Assembly (NCBI GenBank): GCA_950097015.1
Contig: CATNEN010000038.1
Span: 25,110,001-25,174,000 of the forward strand
DNA: 64,000 nucleotides
Reading direction: 5' to 3'
Origin: Macrostomum hystrix
Taxonomy: Eukaryota; Animalia; Platyhelminthes
The position numbers were made by a program, and so were the translations under genes. This document shows positions 1-12,404 of the stretch, in pieces (positions within the stretch are counted from its first letter, which is position 1; every line of letters starts with the position of its first letter). The notes under the pieces are model-generated. The model was not told the DNA's origin and did not search any database. It saw only the letters and a program-made list of their open reading frames with translations.

Positions 1-163
1 ATAAAATAAATGAGATGTTTTAACGCGCAAAAATCGTGCGTTTAAATTCTTTTTTTCTAAGAAAGTCCTGCTCCTTGTAAACCACAGTTTAACTTACTTA
101 CTTGCTTTTGCATATAATTAACTTTTATTTTTAACTGCATATACTCGGCCTGAAAATTTTACA

Positions 164-2840
164 ATGGCTGCTAAAAAGCTGTATAGACATGTCTTACAGG
201 CCGTGCTTAATAATAGGTATCGGTCTGTTTCTCAGCAGTCGGAAAAACTTTCTTTGGTAAGTAAACAGGGTGCATAGACCCTGCTAAGTTGCTAGCGAGC
301 TAAATTGTGTTCTTTTTAATCAAAGTAGCGAGTTTACGGTAGCCCTTACTAGTTGTCCTTGCATTTCGTTAATTAGTGCCATGCATTTCAGCGCCAGGTA
401 TTTCAGTAGGTCCACCACTCAATCTGTTGCTGTTCATGTGTTAACGAGTATACTCATACCTTATTAAAGAATATATTTTTGAAGAGCAAGTTTATTGAAG
501 ACTCTGGCCATACTATTGCATTTTTTGCACTTTGCACATTAGATGGCTAAGTTTACATGGCTACAATGTCCATGGTGCATTTCACATAAAATATTTAGGA
601 TATTTTTTACATGGATTAAAGTCTAAAAAGTAAATATCTGAGTAAAATATAGATTTTTGCATGTCTAGTGTATCAGCATGGTTTAATTTATAATTAATAA
701 TATTCCATATAAATTTTCTTCATATTAGTGCATACATGGAATCAACCAGCTAAATCTATAGAAATCTAAGATAAACTTTTTGACATTGTTGGTCATTTCT
801 AAAAAAGTAATTTTCAGTACATCTGCTTGATATATAAATCGAATTTCAACCACAAAAAGTATTTTTCTTTTGTATTTTTGGGGTCTTTTGTGATATCTTC
901 TTAAATATTTAATAGGCTTTTTTATAGGTAGGCCTAATTTCAATGAATTTTAACTAGTGATGTCTATTTTTGTGGATTTGGTCTCTATAGATACAACAAG
1001 GCAGTGGCTTGAGATCTGGCACTGGACCCTGGGATTATTAGTTCTATGCTCTACCAACTGAGCTAGCCAAACTTATCAACTGAAGCTATAAATGTTGCAT
1101 ATGTTTAAGAAAAAACAGTTGGATCTCTAGCCATTTAACATTAGGGTCTGTTGCCAGATGTCTAGCCATTTCCATACAACAATTTGTGCATGTTTATAGA
1201 AAAAATTATGTGATTTCCTGTTAGTAATCTTAAAAAATAGTAATCTATTGTGTAAATTTCAATTCAAAATCAAGTGCTAGATCATGGCTATTGACAGTCT
1301 AAAATTTGGCTATTTTATTTCTTTAGCACTGCTTTGCACTATTATACAGTTAGACAAAGCAGTGAATAAAATGGGCCAACATATAAAAAGTAAAAAATCT
1401 CTTTAAAATTTTTGGAAGCTTTCTCCATTTGCATAATCTAAATTTCAAACATCACAGGCAGGTAAGCATTTTTAAAAGATAATTTAAGGATACATTTTAT
1501 CATTTGGTAGGTTTAATATTGTATCTGACACTGTTGTTACTGTCCACTCATTATATTTTGAATTCGCAAAGTTTGGACCTAAATGTAAATATTTTTCATG
1601 TATAGGGTATCTGTTCACACTATAGTATTTTAGCAACTAAGATAACTACATAAGTAATTAATATCTGATATGGTTTATTTATTATATTTTACTTCAATTC
1701 TGAAATCGCAGGTGATACAACAGGACCCTCTGGTGCGTTACATCACTGGCGAGTTTAAACGACACCAGGCCACCCAGGAGATCAACTGTAAAGCGCGTAA
1801 TGAAGCAGCTTTTCTGGCTGACACATATCGCTGCTATCTGACTAGCTGGCAGAAGCATCAGGTTCGCGTGCACTTCAGTTCCTGTTGTTATCTATACAAT
1901 CTTGTTTATTTAGTTTTTAAATTCTATGAAGTGTTTTCACAGACACGAAGTTTTATTAACCTAAAAAATACAACAGCGGTTATATCACAACTTCGTTGCA
2001 TATTTATGTACGAGCTGAGAGGCATGTCAGTGTTAAAAATGTGGTTAACGCCTTTGCTTCTCGCACCAAGGTCCCTGAGCTCGATTCCGCGGCGAGGCCA
2101 CATTTATTTGGGGCGCAGCCGCGGAGAGAAGGCTTGGGGCTTGTCGTGCAATTTACGCCCTTGAGGTCCAACATCCAGGTAAATTTACACTGCCTGACGT
2201 TGAGAAAGTCAGGGCAGATGTACACACATGTGAGAGCGTGTGCCTGCGTACAGTATCTGTGTGCTCAGTGTGCTCAAGAGTCAGCGAAATGGGTAGAATT
2301 GCCTCCTCGCTGGCTGCGGGTCTAGTGTCACCAAATGATGTGCCATTGCATAAAATTTCACTTTGAGGCAATAGCCTTCAGGCACTCGTCGGCCATTGCA
2401 TAGAATTTATTGCCCCGTGGCAATGGGGTTGTTAAAAAATTTAACCAATGAAGCTCATTGGAAGGCCATTGCCTTAAACTCTGACTTCCGATGAATCCCA
2501 TTGCCCACAGCCATCCTGCAATTAATTATATAAATATCGGAATGTTTATTTTTTTACGTTGTGAAGTGATATACGAGTATCTCGACTTTGTGATATTTCG
2601 GGTTTCATAAATTCCCAGCTTTGTGAGAAATTCCGACGTGAAATTTAGAATTTATGAAGTTTTGTGAAAAGCTTCATTTTTTAATATAAAAATAAATATT
2701 TAAACTAAATTGATATTTCATTGATATTTATTCATCTGCAGTCGCTGATTGACACATATGGCAGCAAAGGCGAGCGATCGGCTAAGCAGGCTGCGCGATT
2801 GGTTGGCCTAGAACTGCCTGAAACTCCGACAAATCACTGA
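164..2840 (+). CDS. FMC1: FMC1 / C7orf55-like mitochondrial complex V assembly factor; exons 164-256, 1712-1861, 2742-2840 (113 aa)
   Basis: Three phase-0 exons with GT/AG ends translate to MAAKKLYRHVLQAV...YITGEFKRHQATQEINCKARNEAAFLADTYRCYLTSWQKHQSLIDTYGSKGERSAKQAARLVGLELPETPTNH*. The F-x-x-H-Q-x-T, TY-x-C-x-L and GERS...A-x-LVGL-x-LP motifs match the FMC1 (UPF0562) family as I recall it. Confidence 0.85.
1005..1070 (-). pseudogene. tRNA-Ile(AAT)-like fragment or SINE head with a degenerate T-arm
   Basis: Minus strand reads GGCTAGCTCAGTTGGTAGAGCATAGAACTAATAATCCCAGGGTC: good D-arm/A-box and CT-AAT-AA loop, but no intact GTTCRA B-box. Confidence 0.45.
2040..2350 (+). mobile_element. tRNA-derived SINE family A copy (FMC1 intron 2)
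   Basis: B-box-like GAGCTCGATTCC and a body shared with about 10 other copies in the window (ggcttgtcgtgcaatttacgccc...gaattgcctcctcgctggctgcgggtctagtgtcaccaaatgatgtgccattgc). Confidence 0.85.
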
Positions 2841-3012
2841 TTGGCCGGCCTAGAACTGCCTGAAACTCCGACCAATCACTGATTGGCTGGCATAGAACTG
2901 CCTGAAACTCCTACTAATCGCTGATTGGCTGGCATAGAACTGCCTGAAACTCCTACTAATCGCTGATTGGCTGGCCTAGAACTGCCTAAAACTCCCACTA
3001 ATCACTGATTGG
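2797..3012 (+). repeat. 42-bp tandem repeat (~5 copies) derived from the FMC1 CDS tail and stop codon
   Basis: Unit gattggctggcctagaactgcctgaaactcc(g/t)ac(c/t)aatc(a/g)ct; the first copy is coding sequence. Confidence 0.9.
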
Positions 3013-3616
3013 AGTCGGTTTTTTAGCACAACCTTTAAATAGAAAATTTAGCAAACTGTTACAATTATTAAATAGCGTCTTCAATATCCGTTGTATTTAT
3101 TTCTGTATATTTACTATGCGCTAATTGCTATAAAACATCTAAATTAACGCATGAAATGTGTCTAGTTGTTTTTTCGCACACTGTTTGTCTTGTCTTCTTT
3201 TATTTTTCAATTCATTCGATTATCGTTTATTGTTGGATATTCAAGCTTAAGCCTAAGTTAAGCTAGGCCAGATGTGCAGACAGTGGCACAGGAGAAATTT
3301 CCAGATAGGCTTTGGGAACTGGCACAACAAAAGACTTAGACTCGCACCACGGTTTGAGTTTTGCCCTCGCGTGTCTCATATTTATGGCTGTTTCGGACCC
3401 CTTCCTGCTCTGCCATTGGCTGTGGCCATTCAAGCGCTCTCATTGGTTGGAATGATTAGACAGGCGGAATTGCCGTGGAAAAACCATGAAAATACAGGCC
3501 ACAGTTGTCCCTATATCGACGCCTAAAGATTCCAAAAACTAATTACTATCTATTGGGACAGAGACTAAGCTAGACCATACAGAGGCGAGTGGGAACAAGA
3601 TACTAAGCCTACGTGG

Positions 3617-3964
3617 ATGTCGAACCTTCAGCTCGACATGGATGTGGACGGTCCCCAGGGCGCTTCATCGTCGGCTACCTCCGGAAGTCAGCGCAAACGC
3701 TTCGAAGTGAAGAAATGGAACGCTGTGGCACTGTGGGCCTGGGATATCCAGGTGGACACCTGCGCAATATGCCGCAATCACATCATGGATCTGTGCATCG
3801 AGTGCCAAGCTAATCAGGCCTCAGCAACTAGCGAAGAGTGCACGGTAGCTTGGGGCGTGTGCAATCACGCCTTTCATTTTCACTGCATATCGCGTTGGCT
3901 GAAGACTCGCCAGGTCTGTCCGTTGGATAATCGCGAATGGGAATTTCAGAAATATGGCCACTGA
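3617..3964 (+). CDS. RBX1: RING-box protein 1 (SCF/cullin-RING E3 ligase subunit), intronless CDS
   Basis: [17 protein letters not shown]...[67 protein letters not shown] is near-identical to RBX1/ROC1. Confidence 0.98.
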   Translation: MSNLQLDMDVDGPQGASSSATSGSQRKRFEVKKWNAVALWAWDIQVDTCAICRNHIMDLCIECQANQASATSEECTVAWGVCNHAFHFHCISRWLKTRQVCPLDNREWEFQKYGH

Positions 3965-4249
3965 TAAAACTGTCAATCAATTGGTGGTTTTTTCAACGGA
4001 TTCTAAATTTTCTAATTTATTTAAAACCCCTATCATGAGTTTTTGTATGATAATTTGAATCCCTGTTTATTAACCACACGTATAAAATTCGTAATGTGTT
4101 AAACGATATAAAAATTATAAAATAAAATATTGACCAAATAAAGTTTGTTGGCAAATGGCAATTGCTGTTTTTGTTTTTTCTATTGTCTGCATTTTAATCT
4201 ACCTTTCTAGCTCATATCGTTAAAATAAGCTTTATGAATAGCTGACTTA

Positions 4250-4400
4250 GAGGGCTGTGTACAGCTGATTAGTCCATGGACTGGGGGAGCGGCGGCCGTC
4301 ACACATACCCAAGTTTCCGCACCAACTGATGCTGTTACCCATTTTACAGCTTGAATAGTTGAAGCACTTGGAATTTTAGTGTATTTTTTAAGGACTAGGG
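4250..4400 (-). mobile_element. SINE family B fragment
   Basis: Reverse complement contains the gctgtaaaatgggtaacagcatcag...ccccagtccatggact body shared with copies near 9.1, 34.1 and 51.1 kb. Confidence 0.6.
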
Positions 4401-4435
4401 TTCAAGCTTCCTACATGCTGACTGTCTCAGTATCA

Positions 4436-4748
4436 TTAGTAATAATATTTGCAGGAGGGCTGCGGGCAATGGCACATCATTTGGTGACAGTAGAAATGTA
4501 GCCAGCCAGGTGGCAATTCTGCCCATTTCGCTGACTCCTGAGCACACACGCACACAGCTGTGAATATCTGGCCAGACTTTCTCATCTTCAGGCAGCTTAC
4601 ACTCTCACTGTGCTTTGAAGGTTGGCCCTCAATGGGCGTAAATTGCACGATATGCGCCCAAGCCTCAAATGCATGTGTCCTCGCCGCGGAATTGAGCACA
4701 GTGACCTTGGTGCGAGAGGCAAATAAGTTAGACCGCTCTGCCACTGAC
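4436..4748 (-). mobile_element. SINE family A copy
   Basis: Reverse complement of the family A sequence, from the A-box TGGCAGAGCGG to an AT-rich tail. Confidence 0.85.
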
Positions 4749-4933
4749 TTTCTTTCGGTATCCGTAAGAAATCCGTTTGAATTTATTTTTTCAGCATTAA
4801 ACAACCCAGCACTGCTGGGACAGAAGACACTAACTCATAGCTATCGGTAGCTCTATACAGCTGTCATCTGCTTCCGGTTCATCAATCTGTGTTTTGTCAA
4901 CTGCCCAGAATCTCTAGTCCTATCACCAAACAG

Positions 4934-7565
4934 ATGGCATTCACGGTGACGGATTTGAAAGTGACGCTTCTGTCGCTGATGGCAGTCACTGTGTTGGCCG
5001 TGTGCCTTGGTCCCGTGTACGCCCTGTATCGATTGCGCAGCTCCGAGGTCGCGTCGCGTTTCAGCCGCGGTCGCGCCGAAGAACGTCGCAGGCGTCGTCG
5101 TCGAGAACTGTGGGTGTCGCGCATGTCGGTGTTTGCAGCCGGTGTATTCGTCTCCGTCGGCCTCATGGATCTATTTCCTGACGCCTATGACGACCTGACC
5201 GAGGCCGCCGAGATCTATCGCTGGAGGATGCGCCGATTTCCATTGTCTTATTTTCTAATGCTCTGCGGTTTCTTCATGGTGCTGGTCCTGGAGCAGATTG
5301 TGCTGAGCTGTCGCGAGCGTCAGTTGATGCGCCAGTCGCCAACTAGTAGATCCACTAGCCGACGAAGGCAACTCCGGGAGCAGAAGCTCGTGAATGAGCC
5401 TGGCGGTCGGCAGGATGATGGCGCCGAGACTGACGCCCTGCTTGGCCAGCCAATTGTGTCGTCCGCTGCCAATGTTTCAGCCGCTCTGATTGGCTACGGC
5501 ACATCGCCACAGGTAGCCAGCCGCCCAGTTGTTGCTAGGCGGGCCCGTTCATTATCGGACATTGCTGCCTCTTGGCGTCAGGCTGGGGACTATGGCGACG
5601 AGTTTCAAGGAATTGTCGGCATTCGAGCGGAGCCTGTGCCGCCGACACCGTGGGAGGTGGCCGCAATGTCTGCTGGTCGAGTTCTAGAAATCGACAATGA
5701 CCCGCCTGATGATATTTTTAATGAGGCCGACGCTACGGCAGAGATTGAAGCCGCAATATCTGAGGAGGACACTGCTTCTACTGTGCACGATTGCCAGCAG
5801 ATGGGTCATCATGGTAGTAGCTTTGTTAGCGCTAGCCAGGTGAGCTTCATTCTGCCAGATCTGTCAGGTTTAACTGTCATCCTGTCAGTTCTAACTGGTC
5901 TGTCAGCTTTAATTGTCACTGTCATTCTGTCAGGTTTAACTGTCGTCCTGTCAGGTTTTACTGTAATTCTGTCAGGTTTATCTGAATCATGTCAGGTTTA
6001 ACTTTCATCCTTTCAGATTAAAACTGAAGTTATATATTTGTAAAATATTCATCTAGACTTCGTCTTTAATGATTGCGATTTTGAATAATTAGTCTCGTTG
6101 CTGACAGAATATCTGTCAGAACCTTGACAGTAGCTTCGATGGAACTGAAGATGATGTCTTTTGAAGTTCGCTCTGCCAGAGTCCTTTGACTTTTGAGCAA
6201 TTTTTTAATGAACCTTGTTAGCATGCAGATACATTTTTGTGAGTTGTGGTCCTATTTTGGGGTTTACCAGTTCTACCCCCTTATGGTGTTTTAACATTAA
6301 AATCTAACCTTTTACGGGCTTCTAGTGCTTCGAGAAATATCCTGCTTGTGAATAATAATTGTTTGCACATGCCATTATTGGGTCATACGTGCAGTCGATA
6401 GCACAGCCGCTAGCTATTGAAACAATGCAGAGTTAACTGTCATTCTTTCAGGTTTAGCTATCGTCGTGTCAGGTTTAACTGTCGTCCTGTCAGGTTTAAC
6501 TGTCGTCCTGTCAGGTTTAACTGTCGTCCTGTCAGGTTTAACTTGCCATCCTGTCAGGTTTAACTATCGTCCTGTCAGGTTTAACTTGCCGTCCTGTCGG
6601 GTTTAACTGTCGTCCTGTCAGGTTTAACTATCGTCCTGTCAGGTTTAACTTGTCGTCCTGTCAGGTTTAACTATCGGCCTGTCAGGTTTAACTTGTCGTC
6701 CTGTCTGGTTTAACTTGTCGTCCTGTCAGGTTTAACTATCGGCCTGTCAGGTTTAACTTGTCGTCCTGTCAGGTTTAACTATCGGCCTGTCAGGTTTAAC
6801 TTGTCGTCCTGTCTGGTTTAACTGTCCTCCTGTCAGGTTTAACTGTCCTCCTGTCAGGTTTAACTGTCATGCTGACAGGTTTAACTGTCATTCTGTCAGA
6901 CAATGCAATGTCTTGCTAAATGGCACAAATTGTTTCAGTGGAGTTGGGAATCGAACCACCGACCTTCAAATAGCGAGTCCGACGCTCCAAACACTAAGCT
7001 ACGACCCAGCTTTCAGGGTGTCCTGAGTTCCTGAATAAAATCCTGGGTTCTGAGTACTATTCCTTGCTTTTAAATCCGCATTTCTCTTTTTCCTATTCAG
7101 ATACGCACGGTGCTTCTAGTAGCAGCAATGTCTGTCCACTCCCTATTCGAAGGACTATCCCTAGGCCTAATCCCAGCCGTGGGCAACGCGGCAAGCCTGT
7201 TCGCTGCCATCCTGTTGCACAAGCTGATTGTTGCATTCAGCATCGGCATGCAATTGAGCTCATCGCGTCTGTCCAAAGTCACCGTGCTCGCCTGTGCCTG
7301 CGTTTTCGCCCTGATGAGCCCAGCTGGCTGCGGCCTGGGCATGCTGGTGATCGAATTCGTGAACCACTCGGCCGCCAAGCTAGTTAGCGGCGTCCTTCAG
7401 TCCATCACGTCCGGCACCTTTCTCTACGTAGCCTTCTTTGAAGTGCTGCCCCACGAGTTCAACACTGGGCGAGACCGGCTTGGCAAGCTGTTGGCCCTGG
7501 TTCTGGGCTTTGCCACTGTTTGTATCTACGTTTTTATTGAGTCAATGAAAGAGGACGCCGGTTAG
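4934..7565 (+). CDS. ZIP (SLC39A1/2/3-like) zinc transporter; exons 4934-5839 and 7101-7565
   Basis: FAAGVF..GLMDLFPDA (TM2), FPLSYFLMLCGFFMVLVLEQ (TM3), long cytosolic loop, MSVHSLFEGLSLG (TM4), AILLHKLIVAFSIG (TM5), SGTFLYVAFFEVLPHE (TM7). Phase-0 intron CAG|GTGAGC...TTCAG|ATA. Confidence 0.93.
5860..6900 (+). repeat. 21-22-bp tandem repeat (ctgtcaggtttaactgtcgtc) in two blocks, ~5860-6000 and ~6430-6900, within the ZIP intron
   Basis: Repeat is directly visible. Confidence 0.9.
6900..7008 (-). mobile_element. SINE family B tRNA-like head
   Basis: Reverse complement gtagcttagtgtttggagcgtcggactcgc...ggttcgattccc followed by the start of the core (tttagcaagaca). Confidence 0.7.
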
Positions 7566-7739
7566 ACTTTGAGAATTAGTTTCTATTCATCGTTTACGCA
7601 TGCTTCTCTGCTGTCAGTTTTTATTCAGTATTTTTTAATTCAGCAGTTTAAAAATTATTTTGAACTTTGTAATTTTACTTTTTAAATGTTAATTGCATGC
7701 CTTTGTTGCTAGTATCAAGCTTTTTTATTTAGAAACACG

Positions 7740-8160
7740 CTTTAATATATAGATGCATATTTCTAAACGTGCTTCTATATTTAGAAACGTGCATCTATAT
7801 TTAGAGACATTCATAAAACATAATATTTAGAAACACACTTCTATTTTTAGTAACATGCTTCTATATTTTTAAACATGCTTCTATATTTAGAAACGCGCAT
7901 CTAATTTAGAAACATTCATATATATTTAGAAACACTTCTATTTTAGTAACATGCTTCTATATTTAGAAACATGCTTCTATATTTTGAAACGTGCATCTAT
8001 ATTTAGAAACGTGCATCTATATTTAGAAACACTTCTATTTTTAGTAACATGCTTCTATTTTTAGTAACATGCTTCTATATTTAGAAACAGGCTTCTATAT
8101 TTTGAAACATGCTTCTATATTTTGAACCATGCTTCTATATTTAGAAACATGCTTCTTTAT
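7740..8160. repeat. ~20-bp tandem repeat (ctatatttagaaacatgctt)
   Basis: Repeat is directly visible and degenerate. Confidence 0.85.
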
Positions 8161-8987
8161 AATGCGCTCATCAAAATCAATCGCACTGTGGCTTGTAAAA
8201 GAATAAAAATATTAAAAACTATTATAGCTGTATTGCCGCTTTCAATAACATTAATTTTGCGCCTATTATTTAGTGCTGCTTGTTCTTTGGAATTGGGGTT
8301 TTAAATTTTCAGCTGACACTGATTTTAGTGTTATCTAAGTTTTATCATTTATTTTTCTATTTCTTGTAATTTTCTGAAAATTTCACGTGCAAAATAGTTG
8401 CTATAGAGCTTAAAAATAGATATGCAGTGTTTATTTCAATGAAAAGTCTTTCATATTGCTTATCTAAATGTTAAATAAGCAACAAAAAGGTTGATTAAAA
8501 ATATCCATCAGCACTGAAAGATTTATTTAACTGAGGAGGCAGGCAAGTAATTTATGTTAATAAAGTTACTTGTTTTTAAAAAATTCAGTTTTTTTTTTCT
8601 TTTTAAGTTCAATGATTATTCGACTACTGCTATAATAATCATTCTTAAAGTTACCTGTGATTCTAATTATCATAAATATTGTACAGCGACTTTCGTTCAT
8701 TATACAGTTGCACTGTTTGTTTTGTTATAACAACAAAATAAAATAAATTTGTCTATCGATTATTCAGTGCGTCAGAGTTGAAGCTTGAAGCTAGAGTGGC
8801 AGCTGATATCGATTATTCAGTGCGTCAGAGTTGAAGCTAGAGTGGCAGCTGATTGCAGAAGAAAATCTACTTATGAATATAAAAAATGACAAAATAGCTC
8901 GGCTTTTTTGTATTTCTTTCGAATCCCGTTGCTTTTAGTATTCAATAGTTGAGTTCTGAATACTTGATTGTATTATAAATAGTATTT

Positions 8988-9200
8988 GAGCCTATAGAGC
9001 GTCGGACTCACGACTTGATGGTCAGGGGCTCGATTCCTACGATTCCTACACTACGCTTTGGATTGTGTCAATTAACTCAGCTATTAATTAGTTAGCAGCA
9101 TCAGCTGGGGTAATTCTGGGTGGGTGTGGCGTCCCCCCAGTCCATGTACTGAACAGCCCTACGCCTGGCTTCAGATGTTCTGTCGGCTGTGCACATCTGA
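8988..9200 (+). mobile_element. SINE family B copy
   Basis: tRNA-like head (agagcgtcggactcacgac...gctcgattcc) plus body ggggtaatt..gggtgggtgtggcgtccccc..gtccatg. Confidence 0.75.
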
Positions 9201-9235
9201 CGTAATAAGGTGTTATCGATCGGATAATGTATCGA

Positions 9236-10060
9236 TTCGGAATCCTGGATTGTATTTCGACTGGGAATCCTGGATTGTATTTCAATTGGGAATCCCGGAT
9301 TGTATTTCAATTGGGAATCCCGGATTATATTTCAATTGGGAATCCCGGATTGTATTTCGAATGGGAATCCCGGATTGTATTTTACTTGGGAATCCTTGAT
9401 TGTATTTTAATCAGGAATTCCGGATTGTATTTCGAATGGGAATCCAGGGTTGGGTTTGGATTGGAAATGATGGGTTGTGTTGGAATTGGGAATCCCGGAT
9501 TGTATTTCAATTGGGAATCCAGGGTTGGGTTTGGATTGTAAATGATGGGTTGTGTTGGAATTGGGAATCCTGGATTGTATTTCAATTGGGAATCCCGGAT
9601 TGTATTTCGAATGGGAATCCAGGGTTGGGTTTGGATTGTAAATGATGGGTTGTGTTGGAATTGGGAATCCTGGATTGTATTTCAATTGGGAATCCCGGAT
9701 TGTATTTCGAATGGGAATCCAGGGTTGGGTTTGGATTGGAAATGATGGGTTGTGTTGGAATTGGGAATCCTGGATTGTATTTCAATTGGGAATCCCGGAT
9801 TGTATTTCAATTGGGAATCCCAGATTGTATTTCGAATGGGAATCCAGGTTTGGGTTTGGATTGGAAATCCAGGGTTGTGTTTGAATTGGGAATCCCGGAT
9901 TGTATTTCGAATGGGAATCCCGGATTGTATTTCGAATGGGAATCCAGGTTTGGGTTTGGATTGGAAATGATGGGTTGTGTTGGAATTGGGAATCCCGGAT
10001 TGTATTTCGAATGGGAATCCTTGATTGTATTTTAATCAGGAATTCCGTATTGTATTTAAT
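9236..10060. repeat. 25-bp minisatellite (gggaatcccggattgtatttcaatt) with ~100-bp higher-order variants
   Basis: Repeat is directly visible; it explains the NPGLYFNWESRIVF ORFs. Confidence 0.93.
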
Positions 10061-10784
10061 CAATTCGCTATTTTACCTTGTAGTGTTCCTCGTGTATTCG
10101 CACTAAAACTATCTTCATTGACAAGTTTTTCTATTTGCAAGAAAACAAATTTTTCATTTTTAACACACCTTTACCACCTAGATGTGTTTGTTATTCACTA
10201 GCTCAATGCATGATGTGTATGGCTTCATATACTTCTCTTAGAGAATCCTTAGCTGTTGCTTAGTAGAAGGCCTCTGGTACCTGACCATTGCAAACTACAT
10301 GTAGCTTGCTATTAACAAAAATGAATAAATATCCACTAAAATGAATACACAAAACAATAAGAAAGATAATTAAAGAGAATTTTGTTAGCGAATCGGTTTT
10401 TGCGAGTTTTTGCATTACATATGCCTGCCAAATCGGATATTCAATTACTAGGTGAATAGTGCTTTACCATATTCAATTTCGACCTTCAAATATTTCATAT
10501 TGGACTCAGAATCACATGAGCATTACAAGTTGATGTTGCGAGCTAGTGATTGAGTGGGCTAGCCAATAGGTGATGTTTGATTTCATGCTTCTCTCATTGG
10601 CTGAAGTAACTGCTTATCTGACTCACAGTTACATGTAATCTAGAAGTGTCTCTTCATAAAGTAGTCAGATAATTTGTTTAATTAATATTAGCAAAATTTT
10701 GCAGGTAAGTTTTTCATCTACTTTCATAAATGAAGTTTGTTTCCAGTATGAATGTGTCACGAACCTTCAAAATATACTTGTAAT

Positions 10785-11150
10785 TAGGGTTGACACCTTT
10801 GATTCCTAATTGAGGTGTCACACCTTCGAATCCTAATTGAGGTGTCACACCTTCGAATCCTAATTGAGGTGTCACACCTTCGAATCCTAATTGAGGTGTC
10901 ACACCTTCGAATCCTAATTGACGTGTCACACCTTCGAATCCTAATTGACGTGTCACACCTTCGAATCCTAATTGAGGTGTCACGCCTTTGAATCCTAATT
11001 GAGGTATCACACCTTCGAATCCTAATTGAGGTGGTACACTATCGAATCCTAATTGAGGTGTCACGCCTTTGAATCCTAATTGAGGTGTCACACCTTCGAA
11101 TCCTAATTGAGGTGGTACACCATCGAATCCTAATTGAGGTGGTACACCAT
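10785..11150. repeat. 27-bp tandem repeat (acaccttcgaatcctaattgaggtgtc), ~13 copies
   Basis: Repeat is directly visible. Confidence 0.93.
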
Positions 11151-11490
11151 CCAGTGTACTCTCCGGTATAATAGGTCCGATATTTTGTTATATTTTTCAC
11201 ACGTTCTGCTTCTATAACTTCACACAGTCGAATATACTCGTATGTTTAGTTGAATGCTAAAAAAGTCTGATATGTTTTGAGTGTCCGCTAATTTTTCTGC
11301 GTCGTTTTGTGTGGTTAGAGAAAATTTGTAAACCTAATCAAATTTGTATGTCTAATTTGAGTGAGCATTCTATTAGAATGTTCAGCCATCCTCACAATAG
11401 TATGGATGCATGAATGAACATTTATTTTATTATCAACAGACGGCCCTCTTTGTGTTCTAAACAATCTCTGAGTCTCCGAACTTTTACTTA

Positions 11491-11762
11491 GGTTTCACAC
11501 CTTTATCGGACTTTCAGCGCTTATCAGGGTTTCACACCTTTATCAGACTTTCAGCGCTTATCAGGGTTTCACACCTTTATCAGACTTTCAGCGCTTATCA
11601 GGGTTTCACACCTTTATCAGACTTTCAGCGCTTATCAGGGTTTCACACCTTTATCAGACTTTCAGCGCTTATCAGGGTTTCACACCTTTATCAGACTTTC
11701 AGCGCTTATCAGGGTTTCACACCTTTATCAGACTTTCAGCGCTTATCAGGGTTTCACACCTT
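11491..11762. repeat. 37-bp tandem repeat (ggtttcacacctttatcagactttcagcgcttatcag), ~7 near-identical copies
   Basis: Repeat is directly visible; there are no spacers. Confidence 0.95.
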
Positions 11763-12404
11763 TCGGCTTTCTTTCTTTCACGAAAATGGGTCATTCGGTT
11801 TGGGAGCTATCGTGAAGTATATATTTGAAATATCCCCCATGGTCTTTCTCCAATTGGGAGGGAGGAATAGCGGGCCTATCTACTTTTAAACGATTAAAAC
11901 GTAAAATAGTCATTTATCAAAGTTTTTTTAGGAAATACATAGTCGGTACCTTGTGAAGCAAGGTCATAGACACATCATTTCTTATTAATTGCAGTTAAAA
12001 GAAAGTGATACATTATTTTCTTTAATTGTGATGCCGTGCTTGATCTGAAAAGCTTCAGAAATCGGAAATTGAAACGCCTCGATTCATAATCGAATTCTTC
12101 GAATCCAGTCAATGCGGAGATAATTGTGTCTCTTTTCGCAAGGCATCGTTACTCAATTCTTGAGCACGACTTGTCCGCTGATTCTTTCGAATCCGGTTTG
12201 AAATTAGTCTCTATTAGGGTTGACAGCACCTGGCACTAGGACTGGACATTTAATTAGTTAGGGAAATGAGCTTTGATATCATTGCTAGCCGTGAGTTCTG
12301 GGCCGTTCCTGCAGAGAGCTTGTACAGTACGTATAGTTGAGATCCAAGTGACTCACTGATAATCATTTATATCCCAATTCGAAACACATTCTAACACATT
12401 CTTA

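Noticed and set aside
2301-2350. SINE-A contains GCCTCCTCGCTGGC, matching the P3-L3-P3 segment of the genomic HDV ribozyme
   Set aside because: No upstream P1 partner, no GG for P1.1 at the right place and no J4/2-P2'. In complete copies the following bases instead pair downstream as a simple 3' hairpin.
3617-3964. Intronless RBX1 as a possible retrocopy
   Set aside because: No poly(A) remnant or TSD is visible and the ORF is intact; intron loss alone is insufficient evidence.
5840-6001. Hydrophobic C-terminal extension of the 370-aa ORF (LSGLTVILS...)
   Set aside because: Read-through into an intronic 21-bp repeat; the real protein splices at 5839 to 7101.
9088-11091. Many overlapping ORFs with periodic peptides
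   Set aside because: They are translations of 25-bp and 27-bp tandem repeats.
11491-11762. 37-bp repeats of CRISPR-like length
   Set aside because: Contiguous units without spacers, eukaryotic context, no cas genes.
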